Below, piece by piece: positions 7,099-14,666 of a stretch of DNA of 29,902 nt. The stretch's first letter is position 1. Every line of letters begins with the position of its first letter. Made by a program: the position numbers and the translations under genes. The DNA is from a virus. Its lineage: Duplodnaviria > Caudoviricetes. The stretch lies in IMG/VR virus record IMGVR_UViG_3300046786_000059, positions 1-29,902 of that record. One strand, 5' to 3'. The notes below the pieces were generated by a model. It saw only the letters and a program-made list of their open reading frames with translations. It did no database searches and was not told the DNA's origin.

Positions 7099-7124
7099 TT
7101 ATTCACAAAAAAGTCCTAATTTTA
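7094..7124 (+). promoter_or_regulatory. Putative promoter containing a consensus DnaA box
   Basis: TTTG (7094-7097), 19-nt spacer, then the variant -7 TAATTTTA (7117-7124). TTATTCACA (7099-7107) fits TTATNCACA exactly. Confidence 0.55.
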
Positions 7125-7151
7125 ATTATTAAATAACCTAAAACATAAACT

Positions 7152-7775
7152 ATGCAAGAATTACAACAAGTCAAACCGACTTACGAACTTATTAACAAAG
7201 ATTCTCTTTTAAACCTATCAAATGAGTTGGCAAGTCTTATTAAAGAGAAAAAACTTAGCACCAACATTCAAGGTAAACAATTTGTAAATGTTGAAGGCTG
7301 GGGTTACGCTGGTGCAGCAATTGGATTAATTCCAATTATTACCGAAGTAAAAGACCTAAGCAAAGAAAACGAAACAAAATACTGGGCAACTTGTGAGGTC
7401 CGAAATATTGCAACTGGTCAAGTAGTTTCAATTGGACACGCTATTTGCTCCAACAAAGAAAGAACTAAAAGAAACTTTGATGAGTATGCTATTTGCTCAA
7501 TGGCTCAAACCAGAGCCGAAGGAAAGGCTTATAGACTTTTATTAGGTTGGCTTATGAAAGCAGCAGGATTTGAAGCTACACCTGCTGAAGAAATGGATTT
7601 CTCTAAGGAACAAGCTCCTTACATTAAGAAGCACGAAACGCAAGATAACTTAATAGTAGCTATTGATTTTTGCGAAAGTTTGACAGAGTTAAAACAACTG
7701 TACGAACTAAATATAACTATGATTCAAGAGAACCAGTTAAACGAATTATTTACTAACGCTAAAAAGAATCTATAA
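7152..7775 (+). CDS. Putative single-strand annealing recombinase (Rad52/Sak-like)
   Basis: SMAQTRAEGKAYR...EATPAEEM core, size, and position near the SSB gene. Confidence 0.6.
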   Translation: MQELQQVKPTYELINKDSLLNLSNELASLIKEKKLSTNIQGKQFVNVEGWGYAGAAIGLIPIITEVKDLSKENETKYWATCEVRNIATGQVVSIGHAICSNKERTKRNFDEYAICSMAQTRAEGKAYRLLLGWLMKAAGFEATPAEEMDFSKEQAPYIKKHETQDNLIVAIDFCESLTELKQLYELNITMIQENQLNELFTNAKKNL

Positions 7776-8023
7776 TGAACACTTTAGTAATTTTAGAAGG
7801 ATTAAGGGAAAATGTTAAGTTTTGGCAATACAAGTTTGATACTTGTAAACCACACGAGGCAAGAGCAATGCAAAAAAAAGTTTTAGATGCAAAGCAAGTT
7901 TTAAAAGAATTTAAAATAAAATTTATGCCTCAACTTATGATTCCACCTACCCCACCACAAAGACAAGTTTCAATTAGAATGTCTGATTGGAGCGAAACAT
8001 TTGAAGAATATCTAAATAATTAA
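7775..8023 (+). CDS. Hypothetical protein
   Basis: Track ORF with TAATG coupling. Confidence 0.65.
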   Translation: MNTLVILEGLRENVKFWQYKFDTCKPHEARAMQKKVLDAKQVLKEFKIKFMPQLMIPPTPPQRQVSIRMSDWSETFEEYLNN

Positions 8024-8027
8024 AACT

Positions 8028-8195
8028 ATGGCATTATCAACTTGCTGCGGAGGCGAAACCACAATGACAGAAATTGGATTATGTCCAATATGCTTAGAAC
8101 ATTGCGATTGGGAAGAAATAGATCAAGAAGAACTTATAGAAGACCAAAAGACGGAAGACCAAATAAACGAATTACAAATCAATAAAAACAATTAA
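8028..8195 (+). CDS. 55-aa Cys-rich putative zinc-binding protein with acidic tail
   Basis: Manual translation MALSTCCGGETTMTEIGLCPICLEHCDWEEIDQEE...; AACTATG start context. Confidence 0.7.
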   Translation: MALSTCCGGETTMTEIGLCPICLEHCDWEEIDQEELIEDQKTEDQINELQINKNN

Positions 8196-8196
8196 A

Positions 8197-8478
8197 ATGA
8201 AAGTATTAAACATTTGCCAAGAAGATATTAACTGGAAGCCAGTACAAACTAAACACGGAGTTAAGCATTACGCAAATATTGCCGTTGATTATCTAAGAGA
8301 GCCAGACGATAAAGGGAATAATCTAACAGTCTGGAACAATCAAACGCAAGAACAAAGAGCGGAGAAAGCAAAAAAAGAGTATTGCGGTAGAGGTAAGGAG
8401 TACAAGTTTGATGCTAAAAAAGAGTATGCAAATACTAATAAGCAGGAAATGGAAGATCAAGATAACATGCCATTTTAA
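8197..8478 (+). CDS. Putative single-stranded DNA-binding protein
   Basis: Small beta-rich protein with the SSB-like acidic C-terminus EDQDNMPF. Confidence 0.65.
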   Translation: MKVLNICQEDINWKPVQTKHGVKHYANIAVDYLREPDDKGNNLTVWNNQTQEQRAEKAKKEYCGRGKEYKFDAKKEYANTNKQEMEDQDNMPF

Positions 8479-8501
8479 ACATTAACAAAACTTTAACAAC
8501 T

Positions 8502-8696
8502 ATGAAAACTCAAAAAGAACAAATCAAAAAACACTTATTAAGCAAAAAAACAATTACCCCTATTCAAGCCTTAAATAAATTTGGCTGCCTTAGATTAGCG
8601 GCGGTTATTTATAAGCTAAAGAACGAAGGGTTAAAAATTATGACTGAAATTGATTACAATAAGAAGAAACAATTTGCAAAATATAGGTTAGTATAG
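8502..8696 (+). CDS. Small winged helix-turn-helix DNA-binding protein
   Basis: ITPIQALNKFGCLRLAAVIYKLK...AKYRL is typical of small phage HTH proteins. Confidence 0.75.
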   Translation: MKTQKEQIKKHLLSKKTITPIQALNKFGCLRLAAVIYKLKNEGLKIMTEIDYNKKKQFAKYRLV

Positions 8697-8704
8697 TATA
8701 TTTG
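8673..8704 (+). promoter_or_regulatory. Promoter, full Bacteroidota consensus
   Basis: TTTG (8673-8676), 20-nt spacer, TATATTTG (8697-8704). Confidence 0.75.
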
Positions 8705-8708
8705 TAAC

Positions 8709-8791
8709 GGATGTAGGATATCCATTATTAAACTTATTGGTCCAACGCTGAACCCCTAATCCTACTGGGGGGAACGCTGCGGACCTTTTTT
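8709..8791 (+). ncRNA. Structured leader/sRNA with two hairpins whose 7-nt loops are complementary
   Basis: Hairpin GGAT-[GTAGGAT]-ATCC; hairpin CCCCTA-[ATCCTAC]-TGGGGG enclosed by GGTCC/GGACC; then T6. Confidence 0.65.
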
Positions 8792-8796
8792 ATTTT

Positions 8797-9441
8797 ATGA
8801 AAGTATTAATAGCTTGCGAAGAAAGCCAAGCAGTTACCAAAGCATTTAGAGAATTAGGACACGAGGCATTTAGTTGTGATTTATTGCCTTGTTCTGGTGG
8901 ACATCCGGAATGGCATTTTCAACAAGATGTATTTAAAGTAATTGATAGAGGTTGGGATTTAATGATTGCACATCCACCTTGTACATTTTTATCAGTTAGC
9001 GGAGCAAGATGGTTATATAATAAGGATGGCAGTATAAATGAAGAAAGGTTTTACAATCAAAGACAAGCATTAGATTTTGTTCAAATGTTAATGGATAGTA
9101 AAATTGATAAAATTGCTATTGAAAATCCAATAAGTGTTATATCTTCCGCAATTAGGAAACCAGACCAAATTATTCAACCTTATATGTTTGGAGATTCAGC
9201 AAGTAAATCAACTTGTTTATGGCTTAAAAATTTACCAAAATTAACTCCTACAAATATGGTAGATAAAGGTCAATTTTTTGAATGGATAGATAAAAAAACT
9301 GGAAAAATGAAAAGACAACCATTGTGGTATTATGAAGCATTACAAAAATCAAAAACAGATGCAGAAAGAAGAACATTAAGAAGTAAAACATTTAAAGGGA
9401 TTGCCGATGCAATGGCTAATCAATGGGGAGGGAAAATATAA
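8797..9441 (+). CDS. Compact DNA cytosine-5 methyltransferase-like protein
   Basis: SAM-binding-like N-terminus VLIACEES, catalytic HPPCT and IENP motifs. Confidence 0.75.
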   Translation: MKVLIACEESQAVTKAFRELGHEAFSCDLLPCSGGHPEWHFQQDVFKVIDRGWDLMIAHPPCTFLSVSGARWLYNKDGSINEERFYNQRQALDFVQMLMDSKIDKIAIENPISVISSAIRKPDQIIQPYMFGDSASKSTCLWLKNLPKLTPTNMVDKGQFFEWIDKKTGKMKRQPLWYYEALQKSKTDAERRTLRSKTFKGIADAMANQWGGKI

Positions 9442-10124
9442 TGGCTAAAGATCCAGCATTTTTATTTTACCCTAATGATTATATAGGTGGAACAATGGGA
9501 ATGACTTTTGAAGAGAAAGGAGCATATATAGAATTACTAATGCTTCAATTTAATCGAGGTCATATGGATGCTCATATGATTAATCATACAGTAGGTCAAT
9601 TATGGGAAAAAATAAAAAATAAATTTATTAAAGATGAACAAGGTTTATGGTTTAATGAACGCTTAGATATAGAAAAAACTAAAAGAAAAGCGTTTAGTGA
9701 ATCAAGAAGAAACAATATATCTGGTAAAAACCAACATACTAAAGGTCATATGACCAATCATATGGAAGATGTAAATGTAAATAGAGTTGTAAATAAAAAT
9801 AGAAGTAAAGTTGAAATTCTTGATACAAAGTTCGAAGAATGGTGGGAATTATACGATTATAAAATATCAAAGAAAAAAGCACAATCTTTATGGAAGTCTT
9901 TGACGGAACAAGAAAAGGATTTAGCTTTACAAACTGTTTTACCTTATATACAATCTACCCCAGATAAAACATATCGTAAACATCCAACAACATATCTAAA
10001 CCAAAAATGCTTTAACGATGAAATCATCAACAGAAATACAACAAGTCAATCAAGGATTGCTCCAAAAGTTACCCCAGAACAGTTATACGAAGCACATTCT
10101 AAATTCTTTAGCGAAAGGAGATAA
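9441..10124 (+). CDS. Phage replication initiator (DUF1376/YdaU-like N-terminus, lambda O-like C-terminus)
   Basis: PAFLFYPNDY...MTFEEKGAYIELL N-terminus and FEEWWELY...KHPTTYLNQ C-terminus. The start at 9441 is preferred over 9423 because of TAATG coupling. Confidence 0.8.
   Translation: MAKDPAFLFYPNDYIGGTMGMTFEEKGAYIELLMLQFNRGHMDAHMINHTVGQLWEKIKNKFIKDEQGLWFNERLDIEKTKRKAFSESRRNNISGKNQHTKGHMTNHMEDVNVNRVVNKNRSKVEILDTKFEEWWELYDYKISKKKAQSLWKSLTEQEKDLALQTVLPYIQSTPDKTYRKHPTTYLNQKCFNDEIINRNTTSQSRIAPKVTPEQLYEAHSKFFSERR
9560..9764. repeat. Putative iterons / replication origin within the initiator gene
   Basis: TCATATG at 9560, 9572, 9746 and 9758 (12-bp spacing within each pair), with degenerate copies at 9584 and 9734. 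Perfect palindrome GGTCATATGACC at 9744-9755, followed by an A-rich tract. Confidence 0.55.
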
Positions 10125-10641
10125 CGGAGGTGTTTTTAACGAACTTTGCAGGTTTAAAGACAAAAGCGAAGTTTTACCAGTAAAAGTAATTCAGTTAGTT
10201 CCAGTAAGCGAAAGGCTACCAGCTTTAACTAAGATTTACGGAAATGAAAAAATATCTGGCATTTTATCAATAGCAATAACTAAGGCTTTAAATAACTTCA
10301 ATTTAAGGGTGGGAATGAATGCAGAGCAAATTATGCAATTATCTTATTCAATCATTGAAGAGGCTGAAGCGGACCAATTGGCTATTCAAGATGTTTTATT
10401 GTTCTTAGATGGGATGGTCAAATATAAATACGGAAAAGTCTATGATAGAATGGATATGCCTACATTCTTTGAAATGTTTGAGGTGTATCGTCAACAAAGA
10501 CACGATGAGTTTGTTAATTTTATGGAAGAGCAACACGCTCAAAATAAGTCTTACGGAGATAGCAACCGAATGTCAACCGATACGGACAAAGAAGCTAATC
10601 GTAATGCTATGAATGAGTATTTAAAAACAATATCAAAATAA
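10018..10641 (+). CDS. Hypothetical protein, possible helicase loader
   Basis: Helical protein directly after the initiator, in the lambda P position; function inferred from synteny only. Confidence 0.5.
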   Translation: MKSSTEIQQVNQGLLQKLPQNSYTKHILNSLAKGDNGGVFNELCRFKDKSEVLPVKVIQLVPVSERLPALTKIYGNEKISGILSIAITKALNNFNLRVGMNAEQIMQLSYSIIEEAEADQLAIQDVLLFLDGMVKYKYGKVYDRMDMPTFFEMFEVYRQQRHDEFVNFMEEQHAQNKSYGDSNRMSTDTDKEANRNAMNEYLKTISK

Positions 10642-10642
10642 T

Positions 10643-10700
10643 TGCCCCCAAATTTTTAATCATTAACAGAGTGGTGTTTGTTATGTCTAAAATGGGGGCA
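10643..10700 (+). other. Intergenic stem-loop structure
   Basis: TGCCCCCA/TGGGGGCA outer stem and TAACAGA-[GTGGTG]-TTTGTTA inner hairpin; no U-tract follows. Confidence 0.6.
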
Positions 10701-10714
10701 TTAAATCTTAAACT

Positions 10715-10822
10715 ATGAAATGGATAAAATTTTTCCTTATTAGCGTTCCGTTGGCACTAATTTTACTAACAACGGCAAATACTTATTTTGAAATAAAAAG
10801 ACTTATAAAATGGCTAAAATAA
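10715..10822 (+). CDS. 35-aa single-TM basic peptide (MKWIKFFLISVPLALILLTTANTYFEIKRLIKWLK)
   Basis: Manual translation; AACTATG start context. Confidence 0.6.
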   Translation: MKWIKFFLISVPLALILLTTANTYFEIKRLIKWLK

Positions 10823-10890
10823 TTATCATAATACTTATTTGGGAACTGGTAAAAGAAATAATTAAAAGATTAATAGAACGAACATTATGA
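10810..10890 (+). CDS. 26-aa hydrophobic/amphipathic peptide (MAKIIIIILIWELVKEIIKRLIERTL)
   Basis: Manual translation; its stop overlaps the next start (ATGA). Confidence 0.45.
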   Translation: MAKIIIIILIWELVKEIIKRLIERTL

Positions 10891-11093
10891 TAGTGAGCGG
10901 AGCGGAAAATGCAAGACCAATAAAAATGATAGACATAGAAACAAAAGAAGTAACCATATTTAAAAGCATAGCCTACGCAGTAAGAACGACTAAAGTTCCA
11001 GAATATGCAATACGAACTGGTTTAAGTCCTTTAGCTAAAAAGCGATTTGAGGTAAATGGTAGAACTGTTGTTTTTAGAATACACAAAATATGA
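10887..11093 (+). CDS. NUMOD1-like small DNA-binding protein
   Basis: PIKMIDIETKEVTIFKSIAYAVR pattern. Confidence 0.55.
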   Translation: MIVSGAENARPIKMIDIETKEVTIFKSIAYAVRTTKVPEYAIRTGLSPLAKKRFEVNGRTVVFRIHKI

Positions 11094-11818
11094 AAAGAAT
11101 AATAAATTTTAGCGGTGGCAAAACAAGTGCATTAATGACGATAATGAATTATCGTGAAGGAGATTTGGTAATATTTGCTGATACTGGCAGAGAACATCCA
11201 AAAACCTACAAATTCATAAATGACTTTGAAGCACACGAAAATATTCCTATTATTAGGGTAATGTTTGATGGTGGATTTAGGGGAATGCTTGAAAAAAAGA
11301 ATTGGAAGTTAATTCCTAACAGAGTTAAAAGAGAATGCACCATTGAACTAAAGATAAAAACCGCTAAAAGATGGTTAAGAGCAAATTATGGGAAACAAAA
11401 CTATGAATGGCTTGTAGGCTTTAGGGCAGATGAAGAACGAAGAGTTAAAGGTTACGAACAAAGACAAGCCTATATACATCCAAGATTCCCTTTATACGAA
11501 CAAGGCATAGACAAAGCACAAGTAAATGAATATTGGAGCAAAAAGCCATATAATTTAGAAATTCCTGCTATTTTAGGTAATTGTACTTTATGTTTTCTTA
11601 AAGGCAAAAACGCTATTATAAACATTATGCGAAGCTACCCAGAACTTGCTACCGAATGGATTGAAGATGAAGAAATGAGCAAAAAATATGGCAATGGGCA
11701 TACTTACTTTCAAGATACAACATATAAGCATTTGCTAATGATGGCTCAAAACGATTTATTCAAAGGGCAAGACCTTTCTGATCTAAACCCTGCTTTTAGT
11801 TGCAGTTGTACAAGTTAA
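11090..11818 (+). CDS. PAPS reductase-family (adenine nucleotide alpha-hydrolase) protein
   Basis: PP-loop FSGGKTS, FADTGREH, CTIELK, GFRADEERR, GNCTLCFLKG and terminal CSC. Confidence 0.85.
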   Translation: MKRIINFSGGKTSALMTIMNYREGDLVIFADTGREHPKTYKFINDFEAHENIPIIRVMFDGGFRGMLEKKNWKLIPNRVKRECTIELKIKTAKRWLRANYGKQNYEWLVGFRADEERRVKGYEQRQAYIHPRFPLYEQGIDKAQVNEYWSKKPYNLEIPAILGNCTLCFLKGKNAIINIMRSYPELATEWIEDEEMSKKYGNGHTYFQDTTYKHLLMMAQNDLFKGQDLSDLNPAFSCSCTS

Positions 11819-11822
11819 TCCC

Positions 11823-11830
11823 TAATTTTG
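11823..11830 (+). promoter_or_regulatory. -7 element TAATTTTG, 4 nt before ATG 11835
   Basis: Intergenic TAnnTTTG match. Confidence 0.55.
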
Positions 11831-11834
11831 CCTT

Positions 11835-12203
11835 ATGGCATTAACTCCATTACCGAAACTATTAGAAAAAACGCAAAAGGTTGTGAATGCGTACATCCGT
11901 AAAAGAGACGAAGGTTTGCCTTGTATATCTTGCGGAAGTCCTAACGCTAATCAAGCTGGGCATTATTTCCCAGTTAAAGGGTATTCAGCTTTAAGGTTTA
12001 ACGAATGGAATATCAATTTACAATGTGCTGGGTGCAATATGTATAAACATGGCAACCAAGCTATGTATAGAATTGGATTAGTGCAAAAGTTAGGCGAACC
12101 AGCGGTAAAAGGTCTTGAAACAATAGCAACAAGAGTTAAGGTTTACAAATGGTCCAGAACAGAACTAAACGAATTAATAGAAAAATATGGCGAAAGTAAA
12201 TAG
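11835..12203 (+). CDS. ninG: NinG/Rap-family recombination endonuclease
   Basis: YIRKRD...PCISCG...AGHY...LRFNEWNINLQCAGCN motifs. Confidence 0.9.
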   Translation: MALTPLPKLLEKTQKVVNAYIRKRDEGLPCISCGSPNANQAGHYFPVKGYSALRFNEWNINLQCAGCNMYKHGNQAMYRIGLVQKLGEPAVKGLETIATRVKVYKWSRTELNELIEKYGESK

Positions 12204-12306
12204 CAGCAATAAAGTAACATTTGGGAAACGCAAATGTGGTAAGTATAAAAAGACATCTGGTCCTAAGGATAAGCCAGTTAAACCATATAAAAAACAAGGG
12301 CGATGA
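12187..12306 (+). CDS. 39-aa highly basic protein ending YKKQGR
   Basis: Manual translation; bridges ninG and the next gene with ATGA coupling. Confidence 0.6.
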   Translation: MAKVNSSNKVTFGKRKCGKYKKTSGPKDKPVKPYKKQGR

Positions 12307-12497
12307 AAAATACTTGTGCAAAAAGAAAATACAAATGCAAATGTGGAACTATTAACGAGTGCTATGTATGGCAAAGTGATTTACAAAAGCATTATTTAAA
12401 ATGTAAAAAATGTAGTGAGTTAATAGATTATGACCACATGGTTAAAGAAGTTAAACCACAATTACATTCTATTAGAACTGACACAAAAAACCGATAA
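12303..12497 (+). CDS. Zinc-ribbon protein
   Basis: CKCG and CKKC Cys pairs. Confidence 0.6.
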   Translation: MKNTCAKRKYKCKCGTINECYVWQSDLQKHYLKCKKCSELIDYDHMVKEVKPQLHSIRTDTKNR

Positions 12498-12931
12498 TGG
12501 ATATAAACCAAATTAGACCTAATCCAAGTAATCCAAGAAAAATTAGCAAAACAGAGTTTGAGAAACTTATTAAATCAATACAAGAAGATCAAGATTTGTT
12601 AGAAGCTAAACCGATTATCATTGATGAAAACAATGTAATTCTCGCTGGGCATCAAAGATATAAGGCTTGTTTAGAATTAGGCATCCAAGATGTACCAGTT
12701 AAGATAATGGCTAACTTATCGGATAGAAAAAAGCAAAAGTTACTTGTAATTGATAATACCCATAACGGAGAATTTGACATGGACATACTGGCTAATGAGA
12801 ATTGGGATTTGCACGATTTAGCAGATTGGGGAGTTAATTTAGACTTCTTTATTCCAACCATAGAAGAGCCAGAAAAAATAGATAATACTAAGAAAGCAAA
12901 GGTTTGCCCTAATTGTGGTGTATCTTTGTAA
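12497..12931 (+). CDS. ParB/Srx N-terminal domain protein with C-terminal CxxC
   Basis: IRPNPSNPR...PIIIDENNVILAGHQRYKAC...DN motifs and terminal CPNCG. Confidence 0.85.
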   Translation: MDINQIRPNPSNPRKISKTEFEKLIKSIQEDQDLLEAKPIIIDENNVILAGHQRYKACLELGIQDVPVKIMANLSDRKKQKLLVIDNTHNGEFDMDILANENWDLHDLADWGVNLDFFIPTIEEPEKIDNTKKAKVCPNCGVSL

Positions 12932-12953
12932 TTCAGAGAAAATTCAATGAGAT

Positions 12954-13301
12954 ATGGCGAACGAACAGAATTTAAAGCCATTCCCTAAAGGAGTAAGCGG
13001 AAATCCAGCTGGTAAGCCAAAGGGAACGGAACATAGCAAGACAAGATTAAAAAGATTACTTGATTTAGTACAAAAGAAAAAAAACCCAATTACTGGAGAA
13101 GAAGAAGAGTTTACAGTATTGGAGTTAATGGATATGCAAATGATTGCTAAGGCATTAAAGGGCGACCAACGAGCATATCAAGAAGTGATTGATAGATTAG
13201 AAGGTAAGCCTAAGCAAGCTACCGAAGTTGAGGTAAGCGGTGGAATGAGTATCACTTGGGAAGAGAAAAAAACTTATATAGGAAATACCGGTAGTTTATA
13301 A
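12954..13301 (+). CDS. Putative terminase small subunit (DUF5681-like N-terminus)
   Basis: NLKPFPKGVSGNPAGKPKG motif; immediately upstream of terL. Confidence 0.7.
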   Translation: MANEQNLKPFPKGVSGNPAGKPKGTEHSKTRLKRLLDLVQKKKNPITGEEEEFTVLELMDMQMIAKALKGDQRAYQEVIDRLEGKPKQATEVEVSGGMSITWEEKKTYIGNTGSL

Positions 13302-13307
13302 AACATT

Positions 13308-14631
13308 ATGGAATTATCAATAAAGCAAACAACTGCCCTTGACCTTCTTGAAGATAATCGTACCAACGAGGTTCTTTTTGGAGGCGGGGCAGGCTAACCA
13401 AGGCGGAGGCAAAACCGCTTTAGGGTGTTATTGGCAACTAAAGCAAAGGTTAAAATATCCAAATACAAGAGGCTTGATAGGTAGAGCCGTCCTAAAAACA
13501 CTTAAGGAAACTACTCTTGTGTCCTTTTTTCAAGTGGCAAAGATGCAAGGCTTAGAAGCTGGTAAGCATTACAAGTACAACGGACAAATGAGCCAGATAG
13601 AACTATTTAACGGCTCTGTAATACTATTAAAAGACCTTTATGCTTATCCTTCCGATCCAAACTTTGATGAATTAGGTTCGTTAGAGATTACAGATGCATT
13701 CATAGACGAAGCCAACCAAATAGAAGATAAGGCACGAAATATTATCAAGTCAAGGATTAGATACCAGCTTGATGAAAACGAATTAATACCTAAAGTTCTT
13801 TACACTTGTAACCCAGCAAAGAACTGGACCTATTCAGAGTTCTATAAACCCCAAGTTGATAACACAATTGCACCTAATAAGCGATTTATTCCTTCCCTCA
13901 TTGACGATAACCCATTCATCTCAAAGCATTACAAGGAAAACCTTTTAACCTTAGATACAGTATCAAAAGAGCGTTTGCTATTTGGTAACTGGGAATATTC
14001 AAATGATCCATCAACTTTAATAGACTATGACAAAATTCTTGACGCTTTTAATAGCGGCTATTTACCTACTGGTCCACGCTATATTAGTTGTGATGTTGCT
14101 CGTTTTGGTAGCGATAGCACTGTTATTGGCATCTGGGATGGCTTTCGTGTTAAGCTACATCAGTACAACGGCAAGTCGGTTGTTGAAGTGGCTGAAATAA
14201 TCAAACGCTTTCAAACGGAGTTCCAAATACCTACATCTCAAATAGTCATTGACTCTGACGGGGTGGGCGGGGGAGTTTGTGACCTGCTTGTTGGTTGCAA
14301 GAACTTTGTAAATAATAGTTCTCCATTAGAAAACCCTATAACAAGACAAAAGGAAAACTTTGATAACCTTAAGTCTCAATGCTATTACAAGTTAGCAGAG
14401 TACATAAACGATAACAAGATATTCATTAACGCAACTGGCACAATCAAAGAAAAGATTATCCAAGAGTTAGAGCAAGTAAAACAAAAGTCAGTTGATAATG
14501 ACGGCAAGAAAGGGATTATTCCTAAAGACAAAGTGAAAGCGTTGATAGGTCGTTCTCCAGACTTTAGCGATTGTCTTGCAATGCGAATGGTTTTTGAATA
14601 CACACCTAAATTTCAAGTAAGCGTATTTTAA
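13308..14631 (+). CDS. terL: Terminase large subunit, with its reading frame interrupted by a 10-nt gap in Walker A (predicted 437 aa if 13395-13404 is skipped)
   Basis: ATG 13308 gives MELSIKQTTALDLLEDNRTNEVLFGGGAG-stop. The +1 frame continues GGGKT, Walker B FIDEA, motif III TCNP, and nuclease motifs CDVARFG and SPDFSD. The track start at 13339 (TTG) is probably not the real start. Confidence 0.9.
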
Positions 14632-14642
14632 CACAAAATAAC

Positions 14643-14650
14643 TAACTTTG
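14643..14650 (+). promoter_or_regulatory. -7 element TAACTTTG upstream of portal
   Basis: Intergenic TAnnTTTG match 16 nt before ATG 14667. Confidence 0.55.
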
Positions 14651-14666
14651 ACTAAAATATACACAA

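Noticed and set aside
2985-12928. TATCTTTG at 2985-2992 and 12921-12928 as promoters for endolysin and terS
   Set aside because: They are plausible but lie within coding sequence, and the motif is common by chance, so they were not listed as features.
13395-13397. Genome-wide stop-codon reassignment explaining the terL stop
   Set aside because: TAA ends most genes normally, and read-through alone would not correct the frame.
13339-13401. Track-predicted TerL N-terminus MTFLKIIVPTRFFLEAGQANQ
   Set aside because: It starts at TTG with no good leader and lacks the Q-containing helix and hydrophobic strand before Walker A, which are present in the frame from ATG 13308.
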